From positions 2,266-66,265 of IMG/VR virus record IMGVR_UViG_3300020036_001014: a stretch of 64,000 nucleotides of DNA; one strand, 5' to 3'. Positions 1-10,118 of the stretch are shown piece by piece; the first letter of the stretch is position 1; each line of letters starts with the position of its first letter. The translations under genes and the position numbers were made by a program. The stretch is from a virus. The notes beneath the pieces were generated by a model, which was not told the origin of the DNA, ran no database searches, and saw only the letters and a list, made by a program, of their open reading frames with translations.

Positions 1-21
1 CAGAGCGCGAACATCATTGAC

Positions 22-264
22 TCAGTCGAGGGAGTTGAGACCCCTGCGGATGTCGTTGACCCTGCGCTTCAGGTCCTCGCAGAAGGCAACATGGTCGTCG
101 ATGCGCCTATTGAGCAAGAGTCCGAAGCGGCTGTCAGCGGTCTCCATGAAACGGGAGATGGCCTTGTCGATGTCAAGGAATGAGTTGACCAAGTCCTGCT
201 GAGTAACATTCCTCCGGTCGATCTTATCCCTATCTGGGTCCGGGTTGCGTAGGTCTGGGAACAT
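22..264 (-). CDS. hypothetical protein (80 aa)
   Basis: ATG-initiated ORF from the six-frame track; charged helical-looking sequence with no recognisable motif. Confidence 0.35.
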   Translation of the reverse strand: MFPDLRNPDPDRDKIDRRNVTQQDLVNSFLDIDKAISRFMETADSRFGLLLNRRIDDHVAFCEDLKRRVNDIRRGLNSLD

Positions 265-286
265 GTGACAAATGTACTGAAAAGAG

Positions 287-309
287 AAAGGGGCCAGAAG
301 GCCCCTTTT
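287..309. terminator. rho-independent terminator hairpin (bidirectional)
   Basis: Perfect inverted repeat AAAGGGGCC-AGAA-GGCCCCTTT with T-runs on both strands, directly 3' of minus-strand gene 330..656. Confidence 0.6.
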
Positions 310-329
310 CTTGTGTTAGATGGATCTGG

Positions 330-656
330 TTACGCGCCAGCAGCGGTCACAGTAACGAATGCATCGCCAGCGGTGAGAGCGTCCGTGATCTTCGTGATAC
401 CAGTGGCAACAGCAGCAGCGTTGGTGAACTCCCACTTAGCGCGAGGCGAAGCGGTTCCAGTTGCGCTGGTGAACCAAGCCAGATAGTTACCACCGAGGCC
501 GAGCACGCCGAGGCGGTTGGTCTCAGTACCCTGAACAGGCGTATAGCCAGAGGGGGTAGTGATGGCAGGGATAGGCCAAGGACCATTGGCGGACGCTTGG
601 AACGTCGCCTTGTCGGTGTCCATGATCTCCCCAGTAACAGTGAATTGTACGAGCAT
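330..656 (-). CDS. hypothetical small Gly/Thr/Ala-rich protein (108 aa)
   Basis: ATG ORF bracketed by a minus-strand TATCTTTG element (698..705) about 42 nt upstream and the 287..309 terminator, forming a self-contained transcription unit. Confidence 0.5.
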   Translation of the reverse strand: MLVQFTVTGEIMDTDKATFQASANGPWPIPAITTPSGYTPVQGTETNRLGVLGLGGNYLAWFTSATGTASPRAKWEFTNAAAVATGITKITDALTAGDAFVTVTAAGA

Positions 657-697
657 GACTTATGAGGTTTGTTTGTTTTTGTGTCTCTTTGTCCACA

Positions 698-705
698 CAA
701 AGATA
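698..705 (-). promoter_or_regulatory. TATCTTTG promoter element (Bacteroidota -7 type) for gene 330..656
   Basis: Plus strand reads CAAAGATA, i.e. TATCTTTG on the minus strand, about 42 nt upstream of the ATG at 656. Confidence 0.45.
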
Positions 706-789
706 ATGCAACTCTCTGGGTTTCAGGGAGTTACGTCTTTTTTTGGTCCATTGTGATATAGTATGTACTTTTACTAACCACCAGATCAC

Positions 790-996
790 ATGGACACACA
801 GAGCATCAAGGCCCTACTGAACGCAAAGCTGGCAGACGTGTCGGCGCAATGGTCGAAAGCCGTTGACGAAGAGGAGCGCGTAACGGCGTCCGACTACATA
901 AAGGTAGCGTTGCTAGAAGGCGCCATGAACGCCATCTCAGAAGTGATCGTGGAGATCGACCGAGCTGTTAAGCAGCAGCAGCCAGAGCTGTCGTGA
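790..996 (+). CDS. hypothetical protein (68 aa)
   Basis: ATG ORF in the track; convergently overlaps 968..1297 by about 29 nt. Confidence 0.3.
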   Translation: MDTQSIKALLNAKLADVSAQWSKAVDEEERVTASDYIKVALLEGAMNAISEVIVEIDRAVKQQQPELS

Positions 997-1297
997 TCGC
1001 CGTCACGCAGAGGTTGGCTCCAGCCTGCGTATTGACCCACGTAGCCTGATCCGACACGTACCCCATGGCGATATCGAAGAATCGCTGGTCCGTAAAGTGA
1101 CAGCGCACGTAGTAGTCAATAGGCGGGGTTTGCGGAAGCTGACTTCCGTTATAGTCCGTCACTCCGTACACGAAGCGAGGCTTGCGTAGAAGCGCAGCAC
1201 CAGTGAACGCTGATGCGGGATGAACCATGGTATCACCATTCGACAGGGTGACTACCATTTCATTCGTGGCCAGACTGATCTGAATAGTTGAAGGCAT
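968..1297 (-). CDS. hypothetical protein (~109 aa)
   Basis: Track ORF 968..1330 begins with TTG; the first in-frame ATG (MPSTIQ...) lies 11 codons in, so the start is set to 1297. Confidence 0.35.
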   Translation of the reverse strand: MPSTIQISLATNEMVVTLSNGDTMVHPASAFTGAALLRKPRFVYGVTDYNGSQLPQTPPIDYYVRCHFTDQRFFDIAMGYVSDQATWVNTQAGANLCVTAITTALAAAA

Positions 1298-1356
1298 GGT
1301 TATGAGTTTACCTTGGCAAAGGTACTGCAACTATCTGGTACACAGTAGTTTACGCC

Positions 1357-1364
1357 TATCTTTG
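1357..1364 (+). promoter_or_regulatory. TATCTTTG promoter element upstream of the terminase gene
   Basis: Exact octamer TATCTTTG about 50 nt upstream of ORF start 1415. Confidence 0.45.
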
Positions 1365-1414
1365 CGGGTATCGAGCAGGCTAAATCCATACGGGAGCACG
1401 CCGCAGAGCTTCTA

Positions 1415-3769
1415 TTGAACCTTAGCTCTGCTGGAATTACTCTATCCGCAGACCATGAACGGGTCGTCAGATCGGAGGGTTACGGGGACGAGCTGGCCCA
1501 GCAAGTCAGCAAGGATAAGTATACTCGGAGCATGGCTCCGGCAGACCCGGCCTTATTCGAGGAGACGCTTGAGGGTTCGCATCTTTGGCTTTACGATATT
1601 CCTGTGGCCACTGAAGGCGAGAACTCCGGGAAGCCGCTTGAGGGTAAGGCTTATTACAAGAGCATCCCGCAAGAGTGGATCAACGAGTGGAAAGACAAAG
1701 AGATAACAAGGGCCGACTGGAGGCCAGATGACCCGGAGCTGGTCACGAAGGAGTTTCGTGGCTTCATTAACTCAGGCATCCCTCAGTTCGACCAACTGAA
1801 ACCCTACTTGGGATTCTTCCTGTACATCGAGCAAGCTCGCCGCTGGCTTGAGGACAAGCGAACGCTGTCTGATATTGATCCGGCGGAGCGGTACGAGTGG
1901 AAGAAGGTGGAGTACGCAAGGGTTGCTGACAACACCCTGTATGGTCTCAATAAGTACATCACGGTAAAGGAGGATGGATTCGTAGGTGGTCGCAGGAAGT
2001 ACGAGGCGTCAGCACCGCAGGCCCTGCTTGCATTCATTGCCGACCTTGGAAAGAGCTCCGATCTGCTCAAGGGCCGCCAGTCAGCTATCACCACGTCGGT
2101 AATGGCAATGGCCGCCATCCGATCAGTTACGGTTCCCAGCTTCACTGGTGTGTTCATGGTCCACAAGAAGGACGGCACCGGTAAGACGCTGTTCCGCGAC
2201 AAGTTCCAGTCCACCTTCCAGCACCTACCAAAGTGGATGTTGGCCGGTGTTGACGTGAGCAAAAGCTTCTCCGCCGAGTCCGCTATCATGGACTTCGATA
2301 AGGGTGATACAAAGATCACCAAGGGCATGGACGTGTCCGAGATGCGCCTTCTGTCGGCAGAGGACAGCATGGCCGTTAACGGACGTACGCCTACGTGGTC
2401 CCTGTTCGACGAGTGTCAGAACATCCCAACGTACCAGACCATCAAGGGTGAGATCGACCCGTCGATGTTCCAGTTCAACATCAAGACTGGTAAGATGGAT
2501 CTGGTCCGCCAGATCTTGGCATGGGGTACTGGGTCCAGTAACAACACCGGTAACGGTGCATTTGAGAACGACTTCCGTTCACTGCTTGAGGCATGGGAGG
2601 GCGGAGAAGATACGGCAGGCTGGACTCCGTTGTTCTTCGACTGGACCTGTCGCCCCGGTATGACCAAGGCGTTCTACCTAAAGCAGAAGGCAAAGTACCT
2701 GCGAGGCCAGACCGAGGAAACAAAGGGGCTTACGCCAACAGAGCGACTGGCCTTGTTCAACGCCCACTATCCACGTAAGCCGGATGATGCGTTTATGATA
2801 ACCCACAGGACTCTGATCCCGATGGAGCTTATCGTGAGGCAGCAGAACCGGATCATGGACATGTGCCACAAGAAAGGGCTCGGTCCAGTGTACGGAAGCT
2901 TCGTCCCGATCTTCAATGAATCCATCACGTTGCCGGAGACGTGCTACTTCCCACACCCGGTAATAGGGGCAACGTGGAAGCCAGCTCATGCTGACGAGGT
3001 TACCGCCCCGATCAAGATGTTCCTTGATGCGAACAACTCCTACACGAATAGGAACTTCCACGGGACCGACCCGATCAACAACGACGGCGGTCACTCCAAG
3101 TTCTCGGGGTGTATCATCGACATGGCGGCGAAGGAGATCATGACCAACGATGGGCCGATATACGTACCGACGATAGCATGTATGCTCAACGCTCGTACGG
3201 CGTTCCCAAAAGACCTGTACGTACAGAACATTCTCATGGGTATCTACTACCGCAACCATGGCCAGAAGGCTTGTAAGGAGCTGGTGGAGATCAACGCCGG
3301 TCAGCGTTATGTAGACTTCAAGTGTGGCCCTGAGTTCAATCTCCGCGAGTCCCTTGTCGAAAGAGCTAGACTTCCACTGAAGTACAGAGGTGGCACACAC
3401 CTATACGGCCTTGACCTGAAGGGTGGGAAGGACTCACGCAAGGATCACCTGTACGGGGACATCACCGACTTCCTGCGCACCAACTGGTACAACATCTGGT
3501 ACTACGACATCTGGACCCAGATCCGCCGCATGGCCGTTGTGTCACAACCCGACGGGTCTGTGAAGTGGGGCGCTCAAGCCAAGAACGTTGACAACGATGA
3601 CATGGTGTACGCCATGGGTTATGCGGACGTGTGCGCTAAGGCGTTCGACGCACAGCCCAAGCGCGTTGATGCCATGACCAAGGAATACAGAACGGTAAGG
3701 AAGGTGGTTCGTGACAGCAACCACATGCCCAAGTACCAGTACGAACGAGTAGAGGTAACACATGGCTGA
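1415..3769 (+). CDS. terminase large subunit (putative)
   Basis: 784-aa ORF at the head of the packaging/head module. It has a deviant Walker A (ADLGKSS) and a Walker B-like hhhhDE (SLFDECQ) about 115 aa downstream, and the synteny is TerL–portal–scaffold–MCP. The track start is TTG; the first in-frame ATG is at 1532, so the true start is uncertain. Confidence 0.5.
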   Translation: MNLSSAGITLSADHERVVRSEGYGDELAQQVSKDKYTRSMAPADPALFEETLEGSHLWLYDIPVATEGENSGKPLEGKAYYKSIPQEWINEWKDKEITRADWRPDDPELVTKEFRGFINSGIPQFDQLKPYLGFFLYIEQARRWLEDKRTLSDIDPAERYEWKKVEYARVADNTLYGLNKYITVKEDGFVGGRRKYEASAPQALLAFIADLGKSSDLLKGRQSAITTSVMAMAAIRSVTVPSFTGVFMVHKKDGTGKTLFRDKFQSTFQHLPKWMLAGVDVSKSFSAESAIMDFDKGDTKITKGMDVSEMRLLSAEDSMAVNGRTPTWSLFDECQNIPTYQTIKGEIDPSMFQFNIKTGKMDLVRQILAWGTGSSNNTGNGAFENDFRSLLEAWEGGEDTAGWTPLFFDWTCRPGMTKAFYLKQKAKYLRGQTEETKGLTPTERLALFNAHYPRKPDDAFMITHRTLIPMELIVRQQNRIMDMCHKKGLGPVYGSFVPIFNESITLPETCYFPHPVIGATWKPAHADEVTAPIKMFLDANNSYTNRNFHGTDPINNDGGHSKFSGCIIDMAAKEIMTNDGPIYVPTIACMLNARTAFPKDLYVQNILMGIYYRNHGQKACKELVEINAGQRYVDFKCGPEFNLRESLVERARLPLKYRGGTHLYGLDLKGGKDSRKDHLYGDITDFLRTNWYNIWYYDIWTQIRRMAVVSQPDGSVKWGAQAKNVDNDDMVYAMGYADVCAKAFDAQPKRVDAMTKEYRTVRKVVRDSNHMPKYQYERVEVTHG

Positions 3770-4331
3770 AGACACTTCATACATGATCTATGCGCCCAAG
3801 AACGCCAAGGGGCTTCTTGTGCAGTACCCTGAACTTGGGGAATACAAAGAGCTGAAGCCTTCCGCCATTAAGCCACACGACTTACTGTTCGCGTGGTGGA
3901 TGAGGTGCGAATGCTCCCCATACTTCGATGACGAAGACAAGGACAAGATGCAAGCCTGCATTGAAAAGGCTTATCCAACCGAACAGCAGCGCAAGAGCAA
4001 GGCAGAGGAATTTTCCAAGGGCATTCCTGATAACATCAAGACTGCGTTCAAGCGCATGACCCTATTCAACGCTACGGCACGCGTTGAGATGTACTTGTAT
4101 CTGAAGACCGTGCGAGAGAACTGCAAGGCGCTTCTGGCCCAGCCAATGGACGGCGCGTCTGACGAAACAAAGGACGCATGGGCTAAGAGAGCGCCGGGAA
4201 TCTGGAAGCTCATGAAGGACACCCTTGCCGATATCGAAAGGGGCGCGTTCGGTGTAACTGAGGAATCAGGCGCCGACGCAGAGGATGACGACGACGGATC
4301 ACTTAGGGACTTTAGACAATCTCGTAGATAA
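3762..4331 (+). CDS. hypothetical protein (189 aa), acidic C-terminus
   Basis: ATG ORF overlapping the terminase stop by 8 nt and abutting the next ORF; compact late-operon packing. Confidence 0.45.
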   Translation: MAEDTSYMIYAPKNAKGLLVQYPELGEYKELKPSAIKPHDLLFAWWMRCECSPYFDDEDKDKMQACIEKAYPTEQQRKSKAEEFSKGIPDNIKTAFKRMTLFNATARVEMYLYLKTVRENCKALLAQPMDGASDETKDAWAKRAPGIWKLMKDTLADIERGAFGVTEESGADAEDDDDGSLRDFRQSRR

Positions 4332-6667
4332 TGGAACCTGTAAGCATCAACAATCGTGGGTACTGGGCTTGGACGCCAATCGCCCCTGTCATTCCTCCGA
4401 GTATGACTATCCCCGAAGAAGAGAAGGGGGAGTACTACCACTCGGTATGGATGCGGTACTTCCTGTCCAGTCAGGTCAGCCAGTGGAGGAACTACTACCT
4501 GTCCAACTACGCCGACAACGTAGGGTATGCGATCGACAGCCGCTTCGGAGAAGAGAGCGACGTAAGGATGTTCTTCGGTGACGGAGCTGCGCAGACCACA
4601 AGGATCCCATTCAAGTTCCCCATCATGTCACCCATGCTTACCCGCATGATCGGTGGCGTTGACAACCTATCCATTGCAGCCACTGCTGAGTCGGCCACAC
4701 CGAGCTACGTCAAGGCGCGTAAGGAGGACTTCATGCTTGAGGGCATGATGTTGTCAGAAGCAGCCGCTGCTGGTCCGATGATGGCTGCCGCATACGAGGG
4801 CATGGGCGTTTCCCCAGACCAAGAAGAGACAGAGCGCATCCGCGAGATGTCGTACACGGATCACTTGGTTCGCGGGGCTAACTCGCTCATGGCTATGATG
4901 GCTGAACGTACCGGGCTGGATAAGACCAAGCGCCAAGTAGCTATGTTCATGGCCACGTCCGGGGCTGCTGCTATTCACACATTCCAGAACGGCAACAAGC
5001 TGGAGGACGAAGTGATCGAGCCAAGGGAGTTCGGGTGGGACACCTCAGCAATGAAGCCCAACCTGTCTGACGGCAGGTTCATGTACGTATCTCCACTGAT
5101 GTCGGTATCGGCTATCGCAGAGCGATGGAACCCGAAGGCCGATATCATTTACTCGCTAGACAAGTGGGCTCGCCTGCTACCCGGAGGCAACAACTTCCAA
5201 GCAGGTTGGCCACAATCACGTCCTCGTGTGTTCACGATGTACTGGAAGGATATGCGTGTGATCGAGCGCGGGTACATCATGAAGGATGGCGAGCTTGAGT
5301 ACTGCACGATCAACGAGAAAGATCCTGACACGGGAGAGATCGCGTATACCGATAAAGATCTAGTTGATCCTCCGGTTAACAAGTACACACTGGCATGGAC
5401 CGAAGCAGAGCGTCGTGCAAAGAAGCAGCGCAGAAGCATTGAGATCCTTCGCTACTGCTCCATGATCCCATGGGAGTACATGCCCGGTGGTTATACCAAG
5501 GGCGTTACTTACAGCTCCAGCCTCAAGGCCCCCGTTCCCCCAAGCAACAGCGGTCTGCCTAACGTTGGGTTCGTTGGAGATATGGTAATGGACTACGGAG
5601 TCTACGACCTGCAAGAAGCAGATCCGGACGATGTATTCTCTGTCAAGTTCCCGATCAAGGCCGCCACTTGGAGATATATCGGTGGCCATATCGTAGCTCC
5701 TCTTACTGCTGCCCGTGACCCGCAGCGTTGGATGAACCAGATCACGTCCGACATTGCTTACCGCCTACGTACGGCTGGCGGAAAGCTTACGGTCATCGCT
5801 TCCTCCGCACTGGCAGGAACGCAGATGTCCGAGCAGGAGATCGAGATGAAGTCCAAGGAGGGCGGCGTGGCGATCATCGACGGTACCCTTACAGGAGGCA
5901 TCGCCAACGCAAGCGGAGTCATTGACTCTTCTCCATCCTCTTCGTTCTACCAGATGCTCGGTATGCTGCCACAGGTAAAGGAGGTGGCAGAGAGCGCGGT
6001 CGGTATCTACGAGGCGAACTACGGCGCGCCACAGGGCCAAGATCAACTTGTCGGTACGCTGAAGATCCAGCTACAACAAGCCGGTACCCAGCAGCAGCCG
6101 TTCTATGCAGCTATCGCTGACGTGTACCAAGAGGTGCATCAGTTCCACGTACAGGCTGGTAAGCAGTTCTATACCCGCCGCCCATGGATGCTTGAGCAGA
6201 TGGTCGGCAGTGAGGACATGGAGGCATTCCTTGCCAGCAAGGATATGACCCTTGAGCAGTTCAGGGTCAGGGTGGAACTGAGCCCAGATGGAGCACAGCT
6301 TCGCATTATCACCGATCAGCAGACCATTCCGGGACTTATGCAGATGGGTATGCTGGATCCTGTTACGGCGGCTCAACTTCTGGGTCGCAGTATTCCAAGC
6401 GATGTATACGCAGCCGCAAGGGAGTACACCAAGAAAGCGGCCGAGGCCCAACAACGCGCCGTCGAAGATCAGCAACAAGCCGCGCAGGCTCAGATGCTGG
6501 CCCAAGAACAGGCCGCTATTGACCAGCAGAACATCCAGCTTGGCAATGAGGAAACTCAGGCTGGACTCAAGATGGCTCAGATCAACCAGAAGGCTTCAAT
6601 GCCATACGCCCAAGCAGAAGCAGCACACCTGAAACCAGAGGCTAATCCGCTCCTCGGAAATACATAA
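4331..6667 (+). CDS. portal protein (putative)
   Basis: 778-aa ORF between the terminase and scaffold/MCP genes; Q/A-rich charged C-terminal tail typical of portal barrels; assignment from size and synteny only. Confidence 0.45.
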   Translation: MEPVSINNRGYWAWTPIAPVIPPSMTIPEEEKGEYYHSVWMRYFLSSQVSQWRNYYLSNYADNVGYAIDSRFGEESDVRMFFGDGAAQTTRIPFKFPIMSPMLTRMIGGVDNLSIAATAESATPSYVKARKEDFMLEGMMLSEAAAAGPMMAAAYEGMGVSPDQEETERIREMSYTDHLVRGANSLMAMMAERTGLDKTKRQVAMFMATSGAAAIHTFQNGNKLEDEVIEPREFGWDTSAMKPNLSDGRFMYVSPLMSVSAIAERWNPKADIIYSLDKWARLLPGGNNFQAGWPQSRPRVFTMYWKDMRVIERGYIMKDGELEYCTINEKDPDTGEIAYTDKDLVDPPVNKYTLAWTEAERRAKKQRRSIEILRYCSMIPWEYMPGGYTKGVTYSSSLKAPVPPSNSGLPNVGFVGDMVMDYGVYDLQEADPDDVFSVKFPIKAATWRYIGGHIVAPLTAARDPQRWMNQITSDIAYRLRTAGGKLTVIASSALAGTQMSEQEIEMKSKEGGVAIIDGTLTGGIANASGVIDSSPSSSFYQMLGMLPQVKEVAESAVGIYEANYGAPQGQDQLVGTLKIQLQQAGTQQQPFYAAIADVYQEVHQFHVQAGKQFYTRRPWMLEQMVGSEDMEAFLASKDMTLEQFRVRVELSPDGAQLRIITDQQTIPGLMQMGMLDPVTAAQLLGRSIPSDVYAAAREYTKKAAEAQQRAVEDQQQAAQAQMLAQEQAAIDQQNIQLGNEETQAGLKMAQINQKASMPYAQAEAAHLKPEANPLLGNT

Positions 6668-6713
6668 CTACCTAAAAGTCAGGGAGTTGTATACAAATAA
6701 GCGGAAAACGAAA

Positions 6714-6721
6714 TATCTTTG
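6714..6721 (+). promoter_or_regulatory. TATCTTTG promoter element (near-leaderless spacing)
   Basis: Exact octamer ending 5 nt before the ATG at 6727. Confidence 0.45.
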
Positions 6722-6726
6722 TACCG

Positions 6727-7860
6727 ATGGAAGTCACTGAAAACCAGACAGTTGAGGAAGGAAAGCAGATCCGAGGAGCCCTCGCATCTGTCCTGACCGG
6801 CCAGAAGCAAGAAGCTCCTGCCGCTCAACCAGTTGCGGCTGCACCAGCCGTAGAACCCGCAGCTCCTGCGGAAGTCAAAGTAGAGGTAACTCCGGCCCCA
6901 GTGGTTGTTGAGACCCCTGTTGTAGCGGCCACGCCAACTGTTGATCCCTACGACAATGTCGTGGCATCTGTGGTTGGTGGTCAACCCACTGTCCAGTGGA
7001 GCGACGATGCCAAGAACCTCTTTAAGACCACCTTCGGCGCAGAGGATCCCCTTGCATTCAAGGTGGAGATCGACAACAAGCTCACTCAGGTGCAGCTGTT
7101 CGAGACCCAGCTTAAGGAGCTTCAGCCCCTGAAGTCTGCCTTCGAGGCCATGCCCCCTGCTATGCACGTTGCTTTCCAAAAGGCAATGCAGGGTGATGTA
7201 GCTGGTGCTCAGGAGTACCTGAAGTCCATGCCTACCGCAGCCCTTGAGAACAAGGCAGCCAAGGATCTGAACGACCGCCAGCTCATTGATACGTACTTCC
7301 CCGACAAGATGAAGTCCGAGCAGTGGGCTATGCTCAATGACCCCGAAGCCGATTCGGATGTCAAAGAAGCCCTTAAGACCAAGGTCACTGCACTTCGCGA
7401 GGCCGCTGAGTTCAAGCACGAGGCTTCCCGCAACGATCACCAAGAGACCGTTGTCAAGCAGAAGCAAGCTCAGGAGCTTGCCTTCAAGGAATACCAAGCA
7501 GCGGTAACCAACACAGCCGCTCTGGCCAAGGGATCGAATCTCGGATCCTTCGTTGACGACACGTTCGTTAACAACATCCAGACCGGCGACTACATCATGA
7601 ACTTCGTCCAGAAGGACGGCGTTACTCCCACCCCCCAAGCAGCTACCCTGCTCCTGAAGGCGCTTCACTTCGATCCAGCTGTGAAGGCCGCAGAGGCAAG
7701 AGGATATAAGCGTGGACTGGAGGAAGCCCGACTTGAGGACACCTCGCGTATGCCGTCCGCAGTACGATCGGCAGCTCGGGACGCAGGCGATGCACCGAAG
7801 AATCCTACACAACAGGACTCGATCAATCAGATCCTGTTCCGAGCATTGAACACAAACTAA
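6727..7860 (+). CDS. scaffolding protein (putative)
   Basis: 377-aa Ala/Glu/Lys/Pro-rich low-complexity protein (VAAAPAVEPAAPAEVKVEV...) immediately upstream of the capsid gene. The mirror ORF 6679..7812 on the minus strand is Leu/Gly-rich antisense noise. Confidence 0.5.
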   Translation: MEVTENQTVEEGKQIRGALASVLTGQKQEAPAAQPVAAAPAVEPAAPAEVKVEVTPAPVVVETPVVAATPTVDPYDNVVASVVGGQPTVQWSDDAKNLFKTTFGAEDPLAFKVEIDNKLTQVQLFETQLKELQPLKSAFEAMPPAMHVAFQKAMQGDVAGAQEYLKSMPTAALENKAAKDLNDRQLIDTYFPDKMKSEQWAMLNDPEADSDVKEALKTKVTALREAAEFKHEASRNDHQETVVKQKQAQELAFKEYQAAVTNTAALAKGSNLGSFVDDTFVNNIQTGDYIMNFVQKDGVTPTPQAATLLLKALHFDPAVKAAEARGYKRGLEEARLEDTSRMPSAVRSAARDAGDAPKNPTQQDSINQILFRALNTN

Positions 7861-7878
7861 GAAAACCCTTAAAACAGC

Positions 7879-9180
7879 ATGTCACTTAACAGTTACGCGG
7901 AGAACATTAACAATGCTCCGTATGGTCTACAGAACACCAACGCTCCGGGTTCTCCCTATGCCGTGGCTTACAGCCGTGGCGTAACGAACCACCTGAGCCT
8001 GTCGGTTGACCCCATCATCTTTGATGCGCAGCCCCAGCAGTTCCTCGATCTCCAGTTCCTCATGGCCTTCGCTTCCTCGGAAGTAGCTGGTGATGAAGTG
8101 ATCTGGCAAGAGAACGTATGGAGCCGTAGCCCGATCGCTCTGGCTGCCAACTTCACCGCCGTTGCCGCCTCCCCCGGCGTAACGGTAACCGGTACGATCA
8201 CTTACGCTGCTGCCAGCGAAGGCTTCATCTACCCCGGTCAGAAGCTCCACTACACTGCAACCAACGGTACTCAGGTACAGTGCGTTGTAGATAGCGTGAA
8301 CACCGGTGCCAACACCGCAGTGATCCGCTCGATGGTAGGCGTAGGTCTCGCAGCCGTAGCCAGCGGGGCTAACTTCACCGACGGTCGCACCTTGGGTGGT
8401 GATGGCCAAAGCACCTTCGTGCAGCCTGTCCGCACCCAGACCGTCCAGCGCACCAACTTGCTGGAGAAGATCGGTCCTGAGCAGACCCTTTGGAACCACC
8501 TTGAGCGTATCAAGTGGAAGAACCTCCAGCAGACCAACTTCATGGAAACCGACATGAAGAACCTGCTGACCCAGTTGAAGGTCACGATGTGTCAGCGTAT
8601 CTGGTTCGGCCAGTACGGTGAGACCCTGACCTTGGGTGGAGCTATCGCCAAGACGACCGAAGGTATCGTTCCCGCCATCCAGAACAACGGTGGTGCTACG
8701 ATCCAGAGCACAATGAGCACGGTATGGGATGACCTGACCACAGGTATCTTCCAAACCAACTTCGGCCCTAACAACAACCAGCGAGTTGTGTTCGGTACCC
8801 CGGAGATGCTGCACGCCCTGAACCTCAAGCAGAAGGCCGAGTTCGTCCGTTACTCTAGCGGCGACAAGGTGTTCGATCTTGACTTCGAGGTGTGGAAGAT
8901 CGGCGGTCAGACCCTGACGCTGGTGCCTGTGCAGATCTGGGGCGACATCGCGTCCTTCCCCGAGATCTTCAGCCGCCGTCTGGTGGTGCTGCAACAGAAC
9001 ACGGTGAAGCTTGTAACGATGCGCGGTGTGCCGATGATCCAGCAAGGGGTCAAGGTGTCGCAGAGCCGTAACAACATCACTCCGTTCGAGATCTATGATT
9101 TTGAGCGCTACACTGTAGAAGGCTTCATTGGCGTGCAGATGCAAGGTGCCGCATTTTCGTTCATCATCGACGTCCAGTAA
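7879..9180 (+). CDS. major capsid protein (putative)
   Basis: 433-aa ORF directly after the scaffold gene and followed by a strong terminator; size and position fit an HK97-fold MCP. Confidence 0.5.
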   Translation: MSLNSYAENINNAPYGLQNTNAPGSPYAVAYSRGVTNHLSLSVDPIIFDAQPQQFLDLQFLMAFASSEVAGDEVIWQENVWSRSPIALAANFTAVAASPGVTVTGTITYAAASEGFIYPGQKLHYTATNGTQVQCVVDSVNTGANTAVIRSMVGVGLAAVASGANFTDGRTLGGDGQSTFVQPVRTQTVQRTNLLEKIGPEQTLWNHLERIKWKNLQQTNFMETDMKNLLTQLKVTMCQRIWFGQYGETLTLGGAIAKTTEGIVPAIQNNGGATIQSTMSTVWDDLTTGIFQTNFGPNNNQRVVFGTPEMLHALNLKQKAEFVRYSSGDKVFDLDFEVWKIGGQTLTLVPVQIWGDIASFPEIFSRRLVVLQQNTVKLVTMRGVPMIQQGVKVSQSRNNITPFEIYDFERYTVEGFIGVQMQGAAFSFIIDVQ

Positions 9181-9213
9181 TCAACAGGCGCAAGCCTGAT
9201 CAACACACAGCTG

Positions 9214-9243
9214 AAGCCCTCGGAGCAATCCGGGGGCTTTTGC
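9214..9243 (+). terminator. rho-independent terminator after the capsid gene
   Basis: GC hairpin CCCTCGGA-GCAA-TCCGGGGG followed by CTTTTGC. Confidence 0.55.
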
Positions 9244-9266
9244 ATTGATACTCAGCCAGTTAGCCA

Positions 9267-9274
9267 TATCTTTG
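9267..9274 (+). promoter_or_regulatory. TATCTTTG promoter element
   Basis: Exact octamer 23 nt upstream of the ATG at 9297, immediately after the terminator. Confidence 0.45.
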
Positions 9275-9296
9275 TACCTCACAAATACCATACACT

Positions 9297-10118
9297 ATGG
9301 CAGAGAAGAAGGTTGACGGACGTAGTAAGATCGCTCGTCTGCGCACAAAGGCTGACAAGATCGGGATCACGTATACCGACAACACGTCAGAAGAAGCACT
9401 GGAAGAGGCTATCGAACAATGGGAGGACGCCAATGCTGACGCCCCTCCTGTAAGCGGAGCACCGGCTCCAAGCCAAGCATCGGTCGATATCGTTGCTTTG
9501 GGCAAGGTAATGGCAGATCAGATGGGTAACGCTATCCGTACAGCCAATCTGCCGCACTCCGATGACGGGCTGGTTGATATGCGGGACGCTGATCCCGATG
9601 ACGAAGCTCCGGAGAAGATCTACTTCCACCCAGCTAGTTGGTGGATCTTGCCAGCCAAGCGCATTGGTGGCCAGCGCATCAAGGCTCCGTTCGGTCGCAT
9701 CGTGTTCAAGATGGACACCGGTTCTTCGGTACTGGTAGGTGGCCGTCACCAGACCAAGTACCAAAGCGTATTCCGCACCAAGAGTAAGAAGGAGCAGGCA
9801 TACATGGACACCCATGAGATGTACCGCAAGTTCTTCTTCTGGTCCGATGACAGCGTAGCTGCCTCTAGCATGGAGGTTGCATTCGCTGAACGTTACGCCG
9901 CCCATGTGAACAACCTGAACGCCAAGCAATCGGCTGAGTTGTTCGCCATTGGCGCTGACTTGGGGCTGAAGCTGACCCGTAGCATGGCGCTCCCTGTACT
10001 GCGTAGCAATATCGCAGAGGAGCTGACCAAGCGCGAGGCAGAAGTAGAACGTGAACGTGAACGTCAGCTGATCGTGGCCTCTAGCCGTGGCGATCTGCTG
10101 TCCATCCAACCACAATAA
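9297..10118 (+). CDS. hypothetical virion-module protein (273 aa)
   Basis: ATG ORF with its own promoter element; its stop overlaps the next start (TAATG). Confidence 0.45.
   Translation: MAEKKVDGRSKIARLRTKADKIGITYTDNTSEEALEEAIEQWEDANADAPPVSGAPAPSQASVDIVALGKVMADQMGNAIRTANLPHSDDGLVDMRDADPDDEAPEKIYFHPASWWILPAKRIGGQRIKAPFGRIVFKMDTGSSVLVGGRHQTKYQSVFRTKSKKEQAYMDTHEMYRKFFFWSDDSVAASSMEVAFAERYAAHVNNLNAKQSAELFAIGADLGLKLTRSMALPVLRSNIAEELTKREAEVERERERQLIVASSRGDLLSIQPQ

Noticed and set aside
265-486. Plus-strand ORFs 17..202, 265..486 and 559..756
   Set aside because: They overlap minus-strand gene 330..656, which has its own TATCTTTG element and terminator, and they have no supporting signals.
1415-1531. 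TTG start of the terminase ORF
   Set aside because: Not rejected outright. The first in-frame ATG is 39 codons downstream (1532), so both starts are possible and the N-terminus is left uncertain.
6679-7812. 377-aa minus-strand ORF exactly mirroring the scaffold gene
   Set aside because: Leu/Gly/Ser-rich antisense composition typical of the reverse strand of a GC-rich Ala/Glu-coding gene. The plus-strand ORF has the promoter element and synteny support.
7927-9144. 405-aa minus-strand ORF antisense to the capsid gene (also 9387..10115 and 10064..10813 antisense ORFs)
   Set aside because: They lie entirely within plus-strand late genes that are bracketed by a promoter and terminator, and their composition is antisense-like.
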